Below, piece after piece: positions 39,358 through 49,380 of a stretch of DNA of 64,000 bases. The number at the start of each line of letters is the position of its first letter. Within the stretch, counting starts at the first letter, position 1. Position numbers and translations under genes: made by a program. The DNA comes from Bacteroidales bacterium (GTDB taxonomy: Bacteria > Bacteroidota > Bacteroidia > Bacteroidales > PUMT01). The notes under the pieces are model-generated. The model did not search any database and was not told the DNA's origin. It saw only the letters and a program-made list of their open reading frames with translations. The DNA is taken from positions 5,493-69,492 of the forward strand of contig SLCF01000027.1 of NCBI GenBank assembly GCA_007125955.1, given 5' to 3'.

Positions 39358-41667
39358 TCAGAAAGGATACCCTATACCGAGATTGAAAATAATGTTATTA
39401 CGCCTCCACTCCCGGTCAAAAGGCCTGAAAGGTCCGGGAAAACCACTCGAATAAGGCAGCATAACCGGAAAAGCGAAATCAAACCTCAGCAGGAAAAAAG
39501 ATGCATCCACCCGGATCCCTGTTCCTGCACCAACTGCAATCTGTTCATAAAAGTTTTGGTATCTGAAAATGCCTCCGGGTGTGTGTTCTTCTTCCCTTAG
39601 TTTCCATATGTTACCTGCATCCAGGAAAATTGCGCCCCTGAATATGCCGGTCAGGCGAAAACGGTATTCAACATTTGCTTCAAGCTTTATCTCTCCAGTC
39701 CGGTATATCTCCTGACCAGGCTCCGCATCATCAACAGGTTGATATGCACCCGGACCGATCGTCCTTGGATGGAAGGCCCTTAAGCTGTTGGATCCACCTG
39801 TTGAAAAAGTTTTCACATAGGGAAGATGAGTTGAATTACCATACGGAAATCCTCCACCCGCAAAAAATCTGGTTGCAATCCTTCTCTCTTCGGATAATCT
39901 CAGGTAATACCGCAGGTCAATTTCAGCTCTGGAATACTGTGAAAAACCCTGCCCGAAAATAGTGTAATAACCATTGCTTTCCGGTTCATCACCTCCCAGG
40001 TATTTCATTGCAGCATAAGTGGTATTACCTGAAAAATCAAGGTTAACTGCAAAAAACAGATTGTGCTGACTGCCACTTTCAAGCTGTGTATTATAAACAT
40101 AACTGTACCGGGAACCTATTATAAACTGTTCGAAAAGTCCCCTTCTGAGTAAATCACTTTCCAGAAAGACATTCTCAAAATCTCCGGAAATACGCCCAAC
40201 TGCATACACATTAAAAACAAGTGGGGAAAAAAGGTGTTGCCTGGCATTCCCCCGGTTCCAACTATAGGAGTAACGGAACCTGCCTGAAGAGAGGTCAAAT
40301 ACATCTGTGCGAGTCATATACTCAAAACCGAGAGTAATGGAAGTCCGGGGTCTGTTTATATTTTCCCTGTTATACAATCTGGAAGGAAGCAATAAGTCGG
40401 GCGAAGAGAGCTCGGTTTCAAGACCTGCATTCCATGCTGATGCGGGATTAGCCTGCCTGCTGATCAATGACTCATATGCAAGGTTAAACCCGAACCGGAA
40501 ATTTTCGGCACCACCTGCGAGGTTGCGATTGGTGAACCCGGCAGATATGCCGGGACCGGCAAAATTGTTTGATTTAGAAACACCTTTCAATTCTGCACTC
40601 AACGATTTCCTGTCGGCCGGGGTGAGCAAAACACTGACATCAAGAAAATCTTCTCCCTCCTTAGAAGTTTCGGTGAAGCGGATGTTTACAAATTTGAAAA
40701 CACCGAGGTTGAATAAACGGTTAAGCGTATTTCTGTGATTCTGCTGACTGTACAGAGAATCTTTGCGGAAAAGTACGGATTTCCTAATTGTTTCAGGATT
40801 GACAGATCCTAGAGCATCAAAGAGAAACAGGCTTTCTCCGGCATCAATTGTATCGGTGCGGCCTATGGTTGACTCATGACCGGTTAGATAATCGGCATAA
40901 ACGAAAACATTTCCTATTGTATACGATTTCCGGGCTCGTTCAGGTATGTCATCCTTCAGATTGGTGCTGATATCTACTACCCTGTCCCCGGCAGTCGAAT
41001 CAGCCCGGAAAATTATGTAATCGGGATGAAAATAGAAATAACCCTTGTCCTTGAGAAGCCTGTCAATTCTCTGCCTCTCTCTCTTCAGTGTTTCCAGGCT
41101 GTAACGGCTGCCGGTTTCCACCAGTGTTTCTTCAAGTGAAGAATTGATATGGTATCCTACAGGGCAGGGATCGCTTATTTCATGCAATTCCCCGAAAACA
41201 TAGGGTGCTCTGAGATTAACATTATAATGAACCGATGTTCTTTTTGGTTTTGTTTCAATCGACCAGGAAAGACGGGAATCGAAAAACCCCATATTATGGA
41301 GCCTGTTTTCCATAAGTCTTACATTACGTGTAACTGAAACATCTTCAAAGAGCACCGGAGGGCGACCTATACGGTTGCGCATAATGTGTCTGACACCTTT
41401 GCCTGTTGGTTCACCGGCTATATTATAAAGCCACAGCCTTGGCCTCCAGATAAGCACCTTTTGGTTTGGCTGCGGTCTTAATACCTTCTCAAGCTCTCTT
41501 TTTACCTCTCTTTCAACCGTTCTTTTTTCAGCGGTTTCTACATCAATACTGCTTCCTGTATAAAGAGAGGTGCCATTTTCCAGGTATCTGAGATTTGAGC
41601 AGCCTGCAACCAACAGTAAAAAAAGAGCTCCTGCAAAGGAAAAACTTATGTGGTCATAAAGTTTCAC
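39358..41667 (-). CDS. tamL: Omp85-family outer-membrane protein with lipoprotein signal (TamL-type partner of TamB)
   Basis: 769 aa. Lipobox LLVAGC. The C-terminal surface-antigen/BamA-like barrel ends NLGIGYPF. Begins 48 nt downstream of the tamB-like stop (41716). The only start compatible with the signal peptide is GTG 41667. Confidence 0.8.
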   Translation of the reverse strand: MKLYDHISFSFAGALFLLLVAGCSNLRYLENGTSLYTGSSIDVETAEKRTVEREVKRELEKVLRPQPNQKVLIWRPRLWLYNIAGEPTGKGVRHIMRNRIGRPPVLFEDVSVTRNVRLMENRLHNMGFFDSRLSWSIETKPKRTSVHYNVNLRAPYVFGELHEISDPCPVGYHINSSLEETLVETGSRYSLETLKRERQRIDRLLKDKGYFYFHPDYIIFRADSTAGDRVVDISTNLKDDIPERARKSYTIGNVFVYADYLTGHESTIGRTDTIDAGESLFLFDALGSVNPETIRKSVLFRKDSLYSQQNHRNTLNRLFNLGVFKFVNIRFTETSKEGEDFLDVSVLLTPADRKSLSAELKGVSKSNNFAGPGISAGFTNRNLAGGAENFRFGFNLAYESLISRQANPASAWNAGLETELSSPDLLLPSRLYNRENINRPRTSITLGFEYMTRTDVFDLSSGRFRYSYSWNRGNARQHLFSPLVFNVYAVGRISGDFENVFLESDLLRRGLFEQFIIGSRYSYVYNTQLESGSQHNLFFAVNLDFSGNTTYAAMKYLGGDEPESNGYYTIFGQGFSQYSRAEIDLRYYLRLSEERRIATRFFAGGGFPYGNSTHLPYVKTFSTGGSNSLRAFHPRTIGPGAYQPVDDAEPGQEIYRTGEIKLEANVEYRFRLTGIFRGAIFLDAGNIWKLREEEHTPGGIFRYQNFYEQIAVGAGTGIRVDASFFLLRFDFAFPVMLPYSSGFPGPFRPFDREWRRNNIIFNLGIGYPF

Positions 41668-41715
41668 TTATCTTCAATAATAATATTATCAGGTTTCCCC
41701 ATTATTTTAATCAGT

Positions 41716-44700
41716 TCAATACTCATCAGGTTTTTCATCCATAACAGGAACAGGCTCTTCCTCCCTCCTGCCGAAAAGCTCCCTCAACCTGTTGTAGCTT
41801 CTTGTAAACATCAGCGATACCCCCGTTTCTATAATTTCACCTTCAAAAACATCATAGAACTGTTCTTTTCTGAATCCTTTTATTATCAAACTGCCGTCCG
41901 GGTTTAGCAAATATTCCACCTGAAAATCCCCTGCAATATCTTCAGCGCCAGTTTCCCTTCTCCTTTCATCCTCCAGCTCAATATTTCCCCCTGCTGTAAT
42001 TCTGAGCCGCTCATCAAAAAAGTTCCTTGAAACTTCCACAGACAGGTCTGTCCTTCCCCCTATTCCTACTCCTGTATAATCTTCATAGGATTCAACTTCA
42101 AAATTAATGTTGACTCCGCGTATATAGCGCTCCGACATTCTGTTAAGCTGTTGTGAGAGCATGCGGCTGACACTGGCACGTGCCGCAGTTGACAGTCCTG
42201 TACCGTTTTCAATTGTTGCAAGGGGGTTTTCCTGAATAAAACTTCCCATTACAAGAAGTGCAAACACCTGTTTGTTAAGTTCCGATTCGTTTCTGTTAAG
42301 TTCATCAAGCCGGTTTTGCAGTCTTCCTCCAATTGCCCTCTGGTGTTCACGTGGGAGTGAAATCCCGAAATCTATTTCAGGATTCATAAGATCTCCTTTC
42401 ATATTGAGAATAACCTGAAAAGGATAGAGGCGGCTAAGATCCGGATCCTTTTGACCGGAACCGTCCGCCGGCAGTGTCATAAGCTCACGTGCAGATGTCC
42501 GCACATTATATAAAGCTGTTATATTGATATCTGCATCCATAGGGTCTCCCGACCACACCAGGCTGCTCCCGCTCTGTATATTGAAGTGTCTCCTTATAAC
42601 ATCGTAAAAAGTTATCTGGTAACTGCCTTCTGCTATTTCGTACCTTCCTGAAAGGAAAATGTTCCCGCCTGGATCCGTTCCATAACTTATAGTGCCTCCA
42701 CCTCTGATATCAAGGTAATCTCCCGCTATCTCATCTACTATTACCCTAAGGTTTGTTTGGGGATCAACTTCAAGGTTTATGGCAAGATCGAGATTGGGGT
42801 ATGAACGTGCAATACGCTCAGGAATCTCCTTATCTGCAAGTGCTTCCTCAAACCCGGGAGTGTCTGCGCCAATAAACTCCACAACTCCTTCATCCCCGAC
42901 TTCCTGCGGAATAGTCTGAGGCAGCAGGATCGTTAAGTGTGAACCTTCATTTAACCTCAGTCTCCCGTCTGCACCAAGCCTGTTCAGGTCGCCTTTAAGG
43001 TTTATATCACTGTCAATAATAGCCCTTCCATGAAAAAGTCCGTTACTTCCCTGCGGCAAATCCATTGCAATAAAATTCCCTGAAGTGAACCTCAGGTCAA
43101 ATTTTATATCATCCAGTCCGCCAATCCCCAAATTCCCGTTTATAAATGCCGTATTCCCGGCACGGTCTGCTATTCTGAAATTGGCGAAGTTCAGATTGTC
43201 ACGGCGAAATGTAAGGGTCTCGTCAGAAAGTGTGAACCTCGTATTAAGAGCTTCAGGAGTAACAGCAACTTTGTAAAAACCGACTTTGCCTGTAATCTCC
43301 GGATTATTCAGGCTGCCTCCAACTTTAACATCGGCACTAAGCGTGCCTTCCGGATCTTTAAACCCGGCCGGCATCAGTGATGAGAAATATGCAATATTCA
43401 GATCAGACATGCTGATATCAAGTCCGATATCCTGACTTTCTGAAGTGTTGAAAAACCCTGCTAAATTCACATGGGCTCCATGGCGCGAGGATAAACTGAA
43501 AGTGCCCGCCAGGATCTCTTTTTCACGGTTATGCAGGTGAAGAGTCACATCCCCCAGTGTATCTTGCATATATGACAACTGTTCCAGTTCAAGGTGTGTG
43601 TTGAATGACAGATTTCCAAAAACACTGTCAACCAACAGGGATCCGTTTAACCGGCCTCGGGCAAAAATTTCATCGTTGCGCGTGAAAAAAGGATCCAGCT
43701 GTAAATCCAGGAACTGGGCTTTAATTGGAGAAATATGCATTGAAGGTTGTTCACTTTCAATAATTATATCGCCAAACGACGATTCAAGACGGAAATTATG
43801 AATTGCAAGCATCTCCTTTCCCAGGCGAATAAAGTGATTTTCTTCTGTGAGCCATTTTTCTCCTGCAATTGTCAGCTCTTTGCCGGTTGTCAGCTCAAAA
43901 CCGTTATCAAAAGAAGATATGGTTCCGGGAAAGCTCAGCCAGGGCCGGTGTTCCCTGTCATCAAACTGAATGTTAAAAGCAAAAATATCATTTTCGATAT
44001 GACCTGTTGAAGAAAAATTTCTTATCGCAAAATCTTCCGTTTCAAACAGTGGGAGAAGTAAGGAAAAGCTGAGTTTGTCCGGTTCCGTGTCAATAAAAAA
44101 TGAGAAGTCACGAAATTCCATCCCGTTGTAATCCAGCATAGGCATGGCAGATTTTAGCGTAAGAATGCCTGTTTCACTGTCATAACCCCCGTCTATTGAA
44201 AAGGGTTCAAAACTTACAAGAGAAGGAAGGATAAGACCGGTATACCATATGGAAGGAAAGATGTTTATGTTGAAATCAAAAAATCTGCGCTCATCCGGTA
44301 AAATTCCGATTTCAGAAATATGAAAATCCAGGTATTCATTCATGTGAGTCAACACTACATGGGGAATGTGAAGAGGACTGAAATTCCCGCTAAAGGAAGC
44401 CTCAAGCAGGTCGGAACCTATATCCAGCCTGTAAAGTTCTCCTTCCGAAGATGATGTTACCATCAGAGTGTCAAGATTATATCTGATATCTCCGTGATCG
44501 ATCCCGGTACCGGAAAGAGACAACCATCCTTCAATAAAATCATCGCCTGCCAGCCTAACATCGGTTATTATGCCGGTGCTCAAAACCAAAGGGTCATCTG
44601 ACAAATTGAGGGCATTCAGATCTGCATGAAACAAATCCATGTGTCCTTTAAGCGAGTGATAATCCTTTTTGAAAAAGAGTTCTGAGAAGGATGAAAAATC

Positions 44701-46581
44701 AAGGTTCCCATCTTTATAAACCAGCCCTGTTCTCAGCACTCCCTCCTCCAGAGTGCCGTCAATTTCAAGTCCCCTGTAATTGTAATCCCTGTAAACAAAC
44801 TCTTCAGCCCTTACTGAGAATTCAGCATTCGTTATATCGGGATTGAAACCTGTACCTTCAATTCTCACCGAAGCCGAAATGCCCTCCGGAATATCATCAA
44901 TTCCTGTTATCTGCCCGGGATTGAAACCGGTCATATTAAGCATAACATTGTATCCAGGGTATTTACCTAACAATGAATCGACGGTTATGTCTGCATCCAG
45001 AACACCAAGGGAAGAGACAATATATGCCGATGAACGGAAGTTTTCTGTGTTTCCGGAAAATGCAAGCTGCGCATCCACATAATCCGGAAAACCGGGCTGA
45101 TCTGTCAATCCTGTATGCGGGAAAAAAGCTAAAACAGTCCGGGTATCTGCCCAAAACTCTATTCGCGGCATTTCCACTTCAGTTATTTTTTCCCCGTACA
45201 GTCCCGATACCGAAAAGGGTTCCGATTGCAGGTTCAGCATACCCGGAATATCTGCATTAAGATCTTCAACAATAAAAGACCCTGGAGTTCCTTTTGCAAA
45301 AACATCAAAAGTGATTTCGCCTGAATCCGTATTCTTCAGATACCGGGGGACTTCAGGGATGAAAAAGGCAATGTCACTACCTGTCAGCGTACTTTTAACC
45401 ATCAAACTGAAAGGGACGTCATCCATGCCGGACAGGTTAAAGTCCCCGAAATCAAGTCCTGTACGCACCGAAGCTTCGATCTTGCTGTCAGGTGTTTTTA
45501 CCATCAGCCCTTCCACATGAATGCTCCTGCCCAGAAACAAGCCGGCTGAAAGATCTTCCAGCTGAAATACGCCGTTTGTTTTAAAACTAAGATTATCCAG
45601 TTGAAGCCCCACTGTGTCGGGAGTCGCCATTAGTCCGTTAATTCTGAACCCAATATCGGAAAAGCTGAAATTCCCCGGATCGAAAAATTCCCCGGCCGGT
45701 TGCCTGTCACCTCCGGAAACTGTAATAGCTGTATTGCTGACATCAATTATACCGGTGGATAAAGACCAGTTGAACATTTTACCCCACTGAAAATCAGACA
45801 TTCCATTCTGCGCCGCAGTTTTTTGCAATACCGGTAGGGGATATCCGTCGGTGCGGATTTCTGCAATCCCTTCGGCAATGTTTTCCGGAACCGGTAGCCG
45901 GTTGTTTGAGCTCTCATTTGTATCCATGCTGAAAACTGCACCCGACAAGGTGGTATTCCCTATGTGATAGCGGTTCTCTTCAGGTTTTAAAACCTCTATG
46001 TTAGTGTTGAAATGGTGCAGTCCAACATACATATCAATACCGCTTTTATAATCGGAATAGTTAACTTCCGCAATGTTAACAAGGAAAACATCCGGTTCAA
46101 TTGCCCACGGCTTTGTTTCATTTCCGGAATGTTCCGGGTCTATTACCCCTTCATCCAAATCAGCAGCAAAAGCTCTTAAGATGAATTCATAGTTGAACTC
46201 TTCATCCGGATAGCTTCTGGTTATGTTGGCTTTTAAATCTTCAATTGAAAACCTCCTTACCTCAACCCTTTTCCGGAGGAGTGCTATCATGTTAACATCT
46301 GCCCTGATCTTTCCTGAATAGAGCAGCGTGTCGCCTTCTGCATCTTCAATGAATATCTCCCTTATTTCCAAAGATAAGGGAAAGTGCACCATTACACGTT
46401 CCAGGTTTATATTTATTCCAAAATTACTCTGAACGGCATCTTCAGCCTGCCTGGCAACAAATATCTGTACTGCCGGCAACCTGAGTAAAAAGATCAGGGC
46501 AATAACCAGAATGGTCAAACCGGCTGAAATGCCCACTAAAAGCTTAAGGGCAAAACGAAAATATTTTTTCAACAAATTCAA
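41716..46581 (-). CDS. tamB: translocation and assembly module protein TamB-like (AsmA-like/DUF490 C-terminus)
   Basis: 1621 aa. Single N-terminal TM anchor (LKLLVGISAGLTILVIALIFLL), a long beta-rich body, and a conserved C-terminal block (...LRITAGGNIELE...FQVEYLLNPDGSLIIKGFRK). Start candidates are all TTG, and the first in-frame ATG lies after the anchor. Confidence 0.8.
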   Translation of the reverse strand: MNLLKKYFRFALKLLVGISAGLTILVIALIFLLRLPAVQIFVARQAEDAVQSNFGININLERVMVHFPLSLEIREIFIEDAEGDTLLYSGKIRADVNMIALLRKRVEVRRFSIEDLKANITRSYPDEEFNYEFILRAFAADLDEGVIDPEHSGNETKPWAIEPDVFLVNIAEVNYSDYKSGIDMYVGLHHFNTNIEVLKPEENRYHIGNTTLSGAVFSMDTNESSNNRLPVPENIAEGIAEIRTDGYPLPVLQKTAAQNGMSDFQWGKMFNWSLSTGIIDVSNTAITVSGGDRQPAGEFFDPGNFSFSDIGFRINGLMATPDTVGLQLDNLSFKTNGVFQLEDLSAGLFLGRSIHVEGLMVKTPDSKIEASVRTGLDFGDFNLSGMDDVPFSLMVKSTLTGSDIAFFIPEVPRYLKNTDSGEITFDVFAKGTPGSFIVEDLNADIPGMLNLQSEPFSVSGLYGEKITEVEMPRIEFWADTRTVLAFFPHTGLTDQPGFPDYVDAQLAFSGNTENFRSSAYIVSSLGVLDADITVDSLLGKYPGYNVMLNMTGFNPGQITGIDDIPEGISASVRIEGTGFNPDITNAEFSVRAEEFVYRDYNYRGLEIDGTLEEGVLRTGLVYKDGNLDFSSFSELFFKKDYHSLKGHMDLFHADLNALNLSDDPLVLSTGIITDVRLAGDDFIEGWLSLSGTGIDHGDIRYNLDTLMVTSSSEGELYRLDIGSDLLEASFSGNFSPLHIPHVVLTHMNEYLDFHISEIGILPDERRFFDFNINIFPSIWYTGLILPSLVSFEPFSIDGGYDSETGILTLKSAMPMLDYNGMEFRDFSFFIDTEPDKLSFSLLLPLFETEDFAIRNFSSTGHIENDIFAFNIQFDDREHRPWLSFPGTISSFDNGFELTTGKELTIAGEKWLTEENHFIRLGKEMLAIHNFRLESSFGDIIIESEQPSMHISPIKAQFLDLQLDPFFTRNDEIFARGRLNGSLLVDSVFGNLSFNTHLELEQLSYMQDTLGDVTLHLHNREKEILAGTFSLSSRHGAHVNLAGFFNTSESQDIGLDISMSDLNIAYFSSLMPAGFKDPEGTLSADVKVGGSLNNPEITGKVGFYKVAVTPEALNTRFTLSDETLTFRRDNLNFANFRIADRAGNTAFINGNLGIGGLDDIKFDLRFTSGNFIAMDLPQGSNGLFHGRAIIDSDINLKGDLNRLGADGRLRLNEGSHLTILLPQTIPQEVGDEGVVEFIGADTPGFEEALADKEIPERIARSYPNLDLAINLEVDPQTNLRVIVDEIAGDYLDIRGGGTISYGTDPGGNIFLSGRYEIAEGSYQITFYDVIRRHFNIQSGSSLVWSGDPMDADINITALYNVRTSARELMTLPADGSGQKDPDLSRLYPFQVILNMKGDLMNPEIDFGISLPREHQRAIGGRLQNRLDELNRNESELNKQVFALLVMGSFIQENPLATIENGTGLSTAARASVSRMLSQQLNRMSERYIRGVNINFEVESYEDYTGVGIGGRTDLSVEVSRNFFDERLRITAGGNIELEDERRRETGAEDIAGDFQVEYLLNPDGSLIIKGFRKEQFYDVFEGEIIETGVSLMFTRSYNRLRELFGRREEEPVPVMDEKPDEY

Positions 46582-46816
46582 TATATACCGGAATTATTGG
46601 CTTTAAATTACTAAAATGTTTGACAAATCCACACTATTGTAGAGGAATAATTTTTTTCTGTTTTGAATTTTCTTAGAATTTTTTCGATTGTAGCCCGCCC
46701 GGATATGACCTCACCCAAACACGGACTCTTTTGTTAAACCAGGTAGCAGAAATATTTTCCGGTCACATCTTTTTTTTTGAAAAAAACAAAGATGCTGTAT
46801 CAAAAGTTTAACGGAT

Positions 46817-46852
46817 AAAAAAATCCATCTCTGAAAAGATGGATTTTTTTTT
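46817..46852 (-). terminator. A/T-flanked (bidirectional-type) terminator after the DUF4168-like gene
   Basis: 8-bp stem ATCCATCT / AGATGGAT with a 6-nt loop, flanked by A6 on one side and T8 on the other. Lies 46 nt downstream of the stop at 46898. Confidence 0.7.
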
Positions 46853-46897
46853 AAATGTAATTTAAACCGCACTAACGGTGACGGCATTCATTAACGA

Positions 46898-47416
46898 TTA
46901 ATAGGGAGGTTCTTCCTGCATTTCCTGCATAAGTTGATCAATACGTTGCTGCAGTTGCCTGTCCTGCTGATAAGCCATAATAATCATTTCATATTCTTCC
47001 ACTGTCATGTCATTTTCCTCAATAACCCCGTTAATCTTAATCTGGTAATTCATCTGGACTTGCTGTACTTCCTCTATTGCTTTCTCAAAAGCTTCTACCT
47101 CTTCTTCTGAGGCTGTTAGTTCAACCTCGGGGTTCTCAAGTTGAGCAAGTATCTCGTTAAACTGCTCCACGGTAAGTCCGCGATCTTCAATTTCCCCGAT
47201 CATTTTTTCTTCACTTTCATTCTGCAGGGGCATTACTTCAATAACTGTCTCAACAAACTGCTCCAGCTCATCGTCTGAATAGTCTGTTTTAAGTTGCTGT
47301 TGATGTTGCATTTGCTGTGCGTTCAATGCTACCGTACCAATAAAGAAAAAAAACGATATTAGTGATAACAATGCAAATGTTTTCTTAGGTAGATCATCAG
47401 TTTTTTTTGTAAGCAT
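46898..47416 (-). CDS. secreted DUF4168-like protein
   Basis: 172 aa with a signal peptide. Two copies of an acidic helical module (DDELEQFVETVIEV...GLTVEQFNEILAQ and EEEVEAFEKAIEEV...DMTVEEYEMIIMAYQ). Family call is from memory of the repeat pattern. Confidence 0.6.
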   Translation of the reverse strand: MLTKKTDDLPKKTFALLSLISFFFFIGTVALNAQQMQHQQQLKTDYSDDELEQFVETVIEVMPLQNESEEKMIGEIEDRGLTVEQFNEILAQLENPEVELTASEEEVEAFEKAIEEVQQVQMNYQIKINGVIEENDMTVEEYEMIIMAYQQDRQLQQRIDQLMQEMQEEPPY

Positions 47417-47491
47417 AATTATAACATTTTTTTTGGTTACTCTTTTTTAACGATCTTAAAAATTCAATATTGCCGCAATAATCCTTATTTT

Positions 47492-47499
47492 TATATTTG
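47492..47499 (+). promoter_or_regulatory. Bacteroidota-type -7 promoter box for the SDR/epimerase pair
   Basis: TATATTTG lies 51 nt upstream of ATG 47550. Confidence 0.5.
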
Positions 47500-47549
47500 T
47501 AATAATTCTGGAAGGGCTAAAATCCGCAGCCACTATACTAATTACAATT

Positions 47550-48359
47550 ATGAACAACCTGGACGGGAAAGAAAAATTTGCACTTATAACTGGTGCCAGC
47601 ATGGGACTTGGACGTGAGCTGGCTTTTGAGCTTGCAAAGAGAAAGATCAACCTTGTTCTGGTGTCGCTTGGTAACGAGGGTCTGGATGATTTATGCAAAA
47701 AACTCAAAGAGTATGGGATTAAGGTGCATTTTTTTGAGACGGATCTCACCAGGAGGGTTGAACTCTTAGAACTGACAAGCCGGATAAAGGGAAGCTACAA
47801 CTTAAATATATTGATAAACAATGCAGGAGTTGGTGGAAGCAAAGAGTTTGAAAAAACCGATATCACATATATAGACAGTATAATTGATCTGAACATCAGG
47901 GCGCTTGTGCTGACTACCCGCGAGCTCTTGCCGGTACTGAAAAAGAATAAACCTTCATATATACTGAATGTTTCCAGTATGGCATCTTTCAGTCCCATAG
48001 GCTTCAAAACAATATATCCGGCATCAAAGGTGTTCATAGACTATTTCACAAGGGGACTGGCAGAAGAGCTTAAAGGGACGGGGATTTCCGCAAGTGTGGT
48101 TCATCCCGGCCCAATGAAAACCAATATGCATGTTATCAAAAGAATCAATAAACACGGATTTCTGGGAAGGATGGGGGTTATGTCACCTGAAAAAGTGGCT
48201 GAAATTGCGGTAAATAAAATGTTCAGAAGAAGGTCTTCTATTCTTGCGGGCACTGTAAACCGTTTAAACTTCCTGTTAATAAAGATTCTTCCCTCATGTA
48301 TCACACTGCCCCTCCTTACGAAGGCAGTGAAAAAAGAGATTCAAAAGGATAGTGAATAG
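47550..48359 (+). CDS. short-chain dehydrogenase/reductase (classical SDR)
   Basis: 269 aa. TGASMGLGRELA (TGxxxGxG), NNAG, and catalytic YPASK. Confidence 0.85.
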   Translation: MNNLDGKEKFALITGASMGLGRELAFELAKRKINLVLVSLGNEGLDDLCKKLKEYGIKVHFFETDLTRRVELLELTSRIKGSYNLNILINNAGVGGSKEFEKTDITYIDSIIDLNIRALVLTTRELLPVLKKNKPSYILNVSSMASFSPIGFKTIYPASKVFIDYFTRGLAEELKGTGISASVVHPGPMKTNMHVIKRINKHGFLGRMGVMSPEKVAEIAVNKMFRRRSSILAGTVNRLNFLLIKILPSCITLPLLTKAVKKEIQKDSE

Positions 48360-48361
48360 GA

Positions 48362-49360
48362 ATGTTTGAAGAAAAGAACAGGACAAGGATTCTGGTAACA
48401 GGAGCCAACAGCCTTTTGGGGACAAATGTAATATTGGAGCTTCTCGGAAGGGGCTACCTGGTAAGGGGTTTCCTGAGGGACAGAAAAAAATTCAAGCCCC
48501 GGGGGTTGAATATTGAGCTTATTGAAGGGGATATAACAAACAAAAAAGAACTGACCGGCGCACTTGAAGGATGCGAAGCTGCTATACACACAGCTGCTGT
48601 AACTTCACCCGGACTTTCGCCTGAAATTTACAAAAGAGTCAATGTTAACGGGACTTTAAATTTTACGGAAAGTGCAAAAATTTGCGGCTTAAAGAGAATA
48701 GTTTTTGTAAGTACCGCAAATACTATCGGTTACGGAAATGCAGATCACCCCGGTGATGAAACAGCCCCTCCAAAGAAACCTTTTACCGGACTCCCCTATG
48801 CAGACAGTAAAATCAGGGCTGAAAAAATTGTACTTTCAGCAGCAGCAGAAGCAAGCCCCGAAGCAGTAATTGTCAACCCCACTTTTATGATCGGTGCATG
48901 GGACTCAAAACCGGGTTCGGGTCAGATCATTACCTTGGCGTGGGGCAAAAAAATTATTTTCGTGCCGCCCGGAGGAAAAAACTTCATTCCCGTAGCAGAT
49001 GCATCAGCAGGTGTATGCAATGCATTAGAGAAGGGGGAGAACGGACAACGCTACCTTCTTGCCGGGGTCAATATGAAGTATATTGAATTTTTCAGGCTTC
49101 TACGCAAAGTCAGCAATTCCCGCAGCCGGCTGGTAAAGTTGCCCGCTCCTTTCATGCTGGCTGCAGGGTTTTTTGGTTCACTCTTTTATTCAGCCGGCAT
49201 AAGGACTCGTGTAACTCTTACCACAATGAAAATTTTGTGTACTTATAATTACTATGCTTCCGGCAAGGCGGTCGACAAACTCGATCTTCCCCTTTCACCG
49301 CTTGAAAATGCAATCAGGGAAGCTGTTGAATGGTTCAATAAGGAAGGAATGCTGAAATAA
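48362..49360 (+). CDS. NAD-dependent epimerase/dehydratase family (extended SDR, dihydroflavonol-reductase-like)
   Basis: 332 aa. VTGANSLLGTNV (GxxGxxG) and YADSK. Starts 2 nt after the SDR stop. Confidence 0.85.
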   Translation: MFEEKNRTRILVTGANSLLGTNVILELLGRGYLVRGFLRDRKKFKPRGLNIELIEGDITNKKELTGALEGCEAAIHTAAVTSPGLSPEIYKRVNVNGTLNFTESAKICGLKRIVFVSTANTIGYGNADHPGDETAPPKKPFTGLPYADSKIRAEKIVLSAAAEASPEAVIVNPTFMIGAWDSKPGSGQIITLAWGKKIIFVPPGGKNFIPVADASAGVCNALEKGENGQRYLLAGVNMKYIEFFRLLRKVSNSRSRLVKLPAPFMLAAGFFGSLFYSAGIRTRVTLTTMKILCTYNYYASGKAVDKLDLPLSPLENAIREAVEWFNKEGMLK

Positions 49361-49380
49361 CTCCCGGAAAGTCCCGTTGA

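Noticed and set aside
47456-47749. 97-aa minus-strand ORF
   Set aside because: It overlaps the first 200 nt of the well-supported SDR gene and its promoter box, and has a Ser/Ile-rich shadow composition.
49366-49374. GGAAAGTCC, resembling the conserved RNase P RNA P4 motif
   Set aside because: It sits in a 20-nt gap between two convergent CDSs, which leaves no room for a 350-400-nt RNA.
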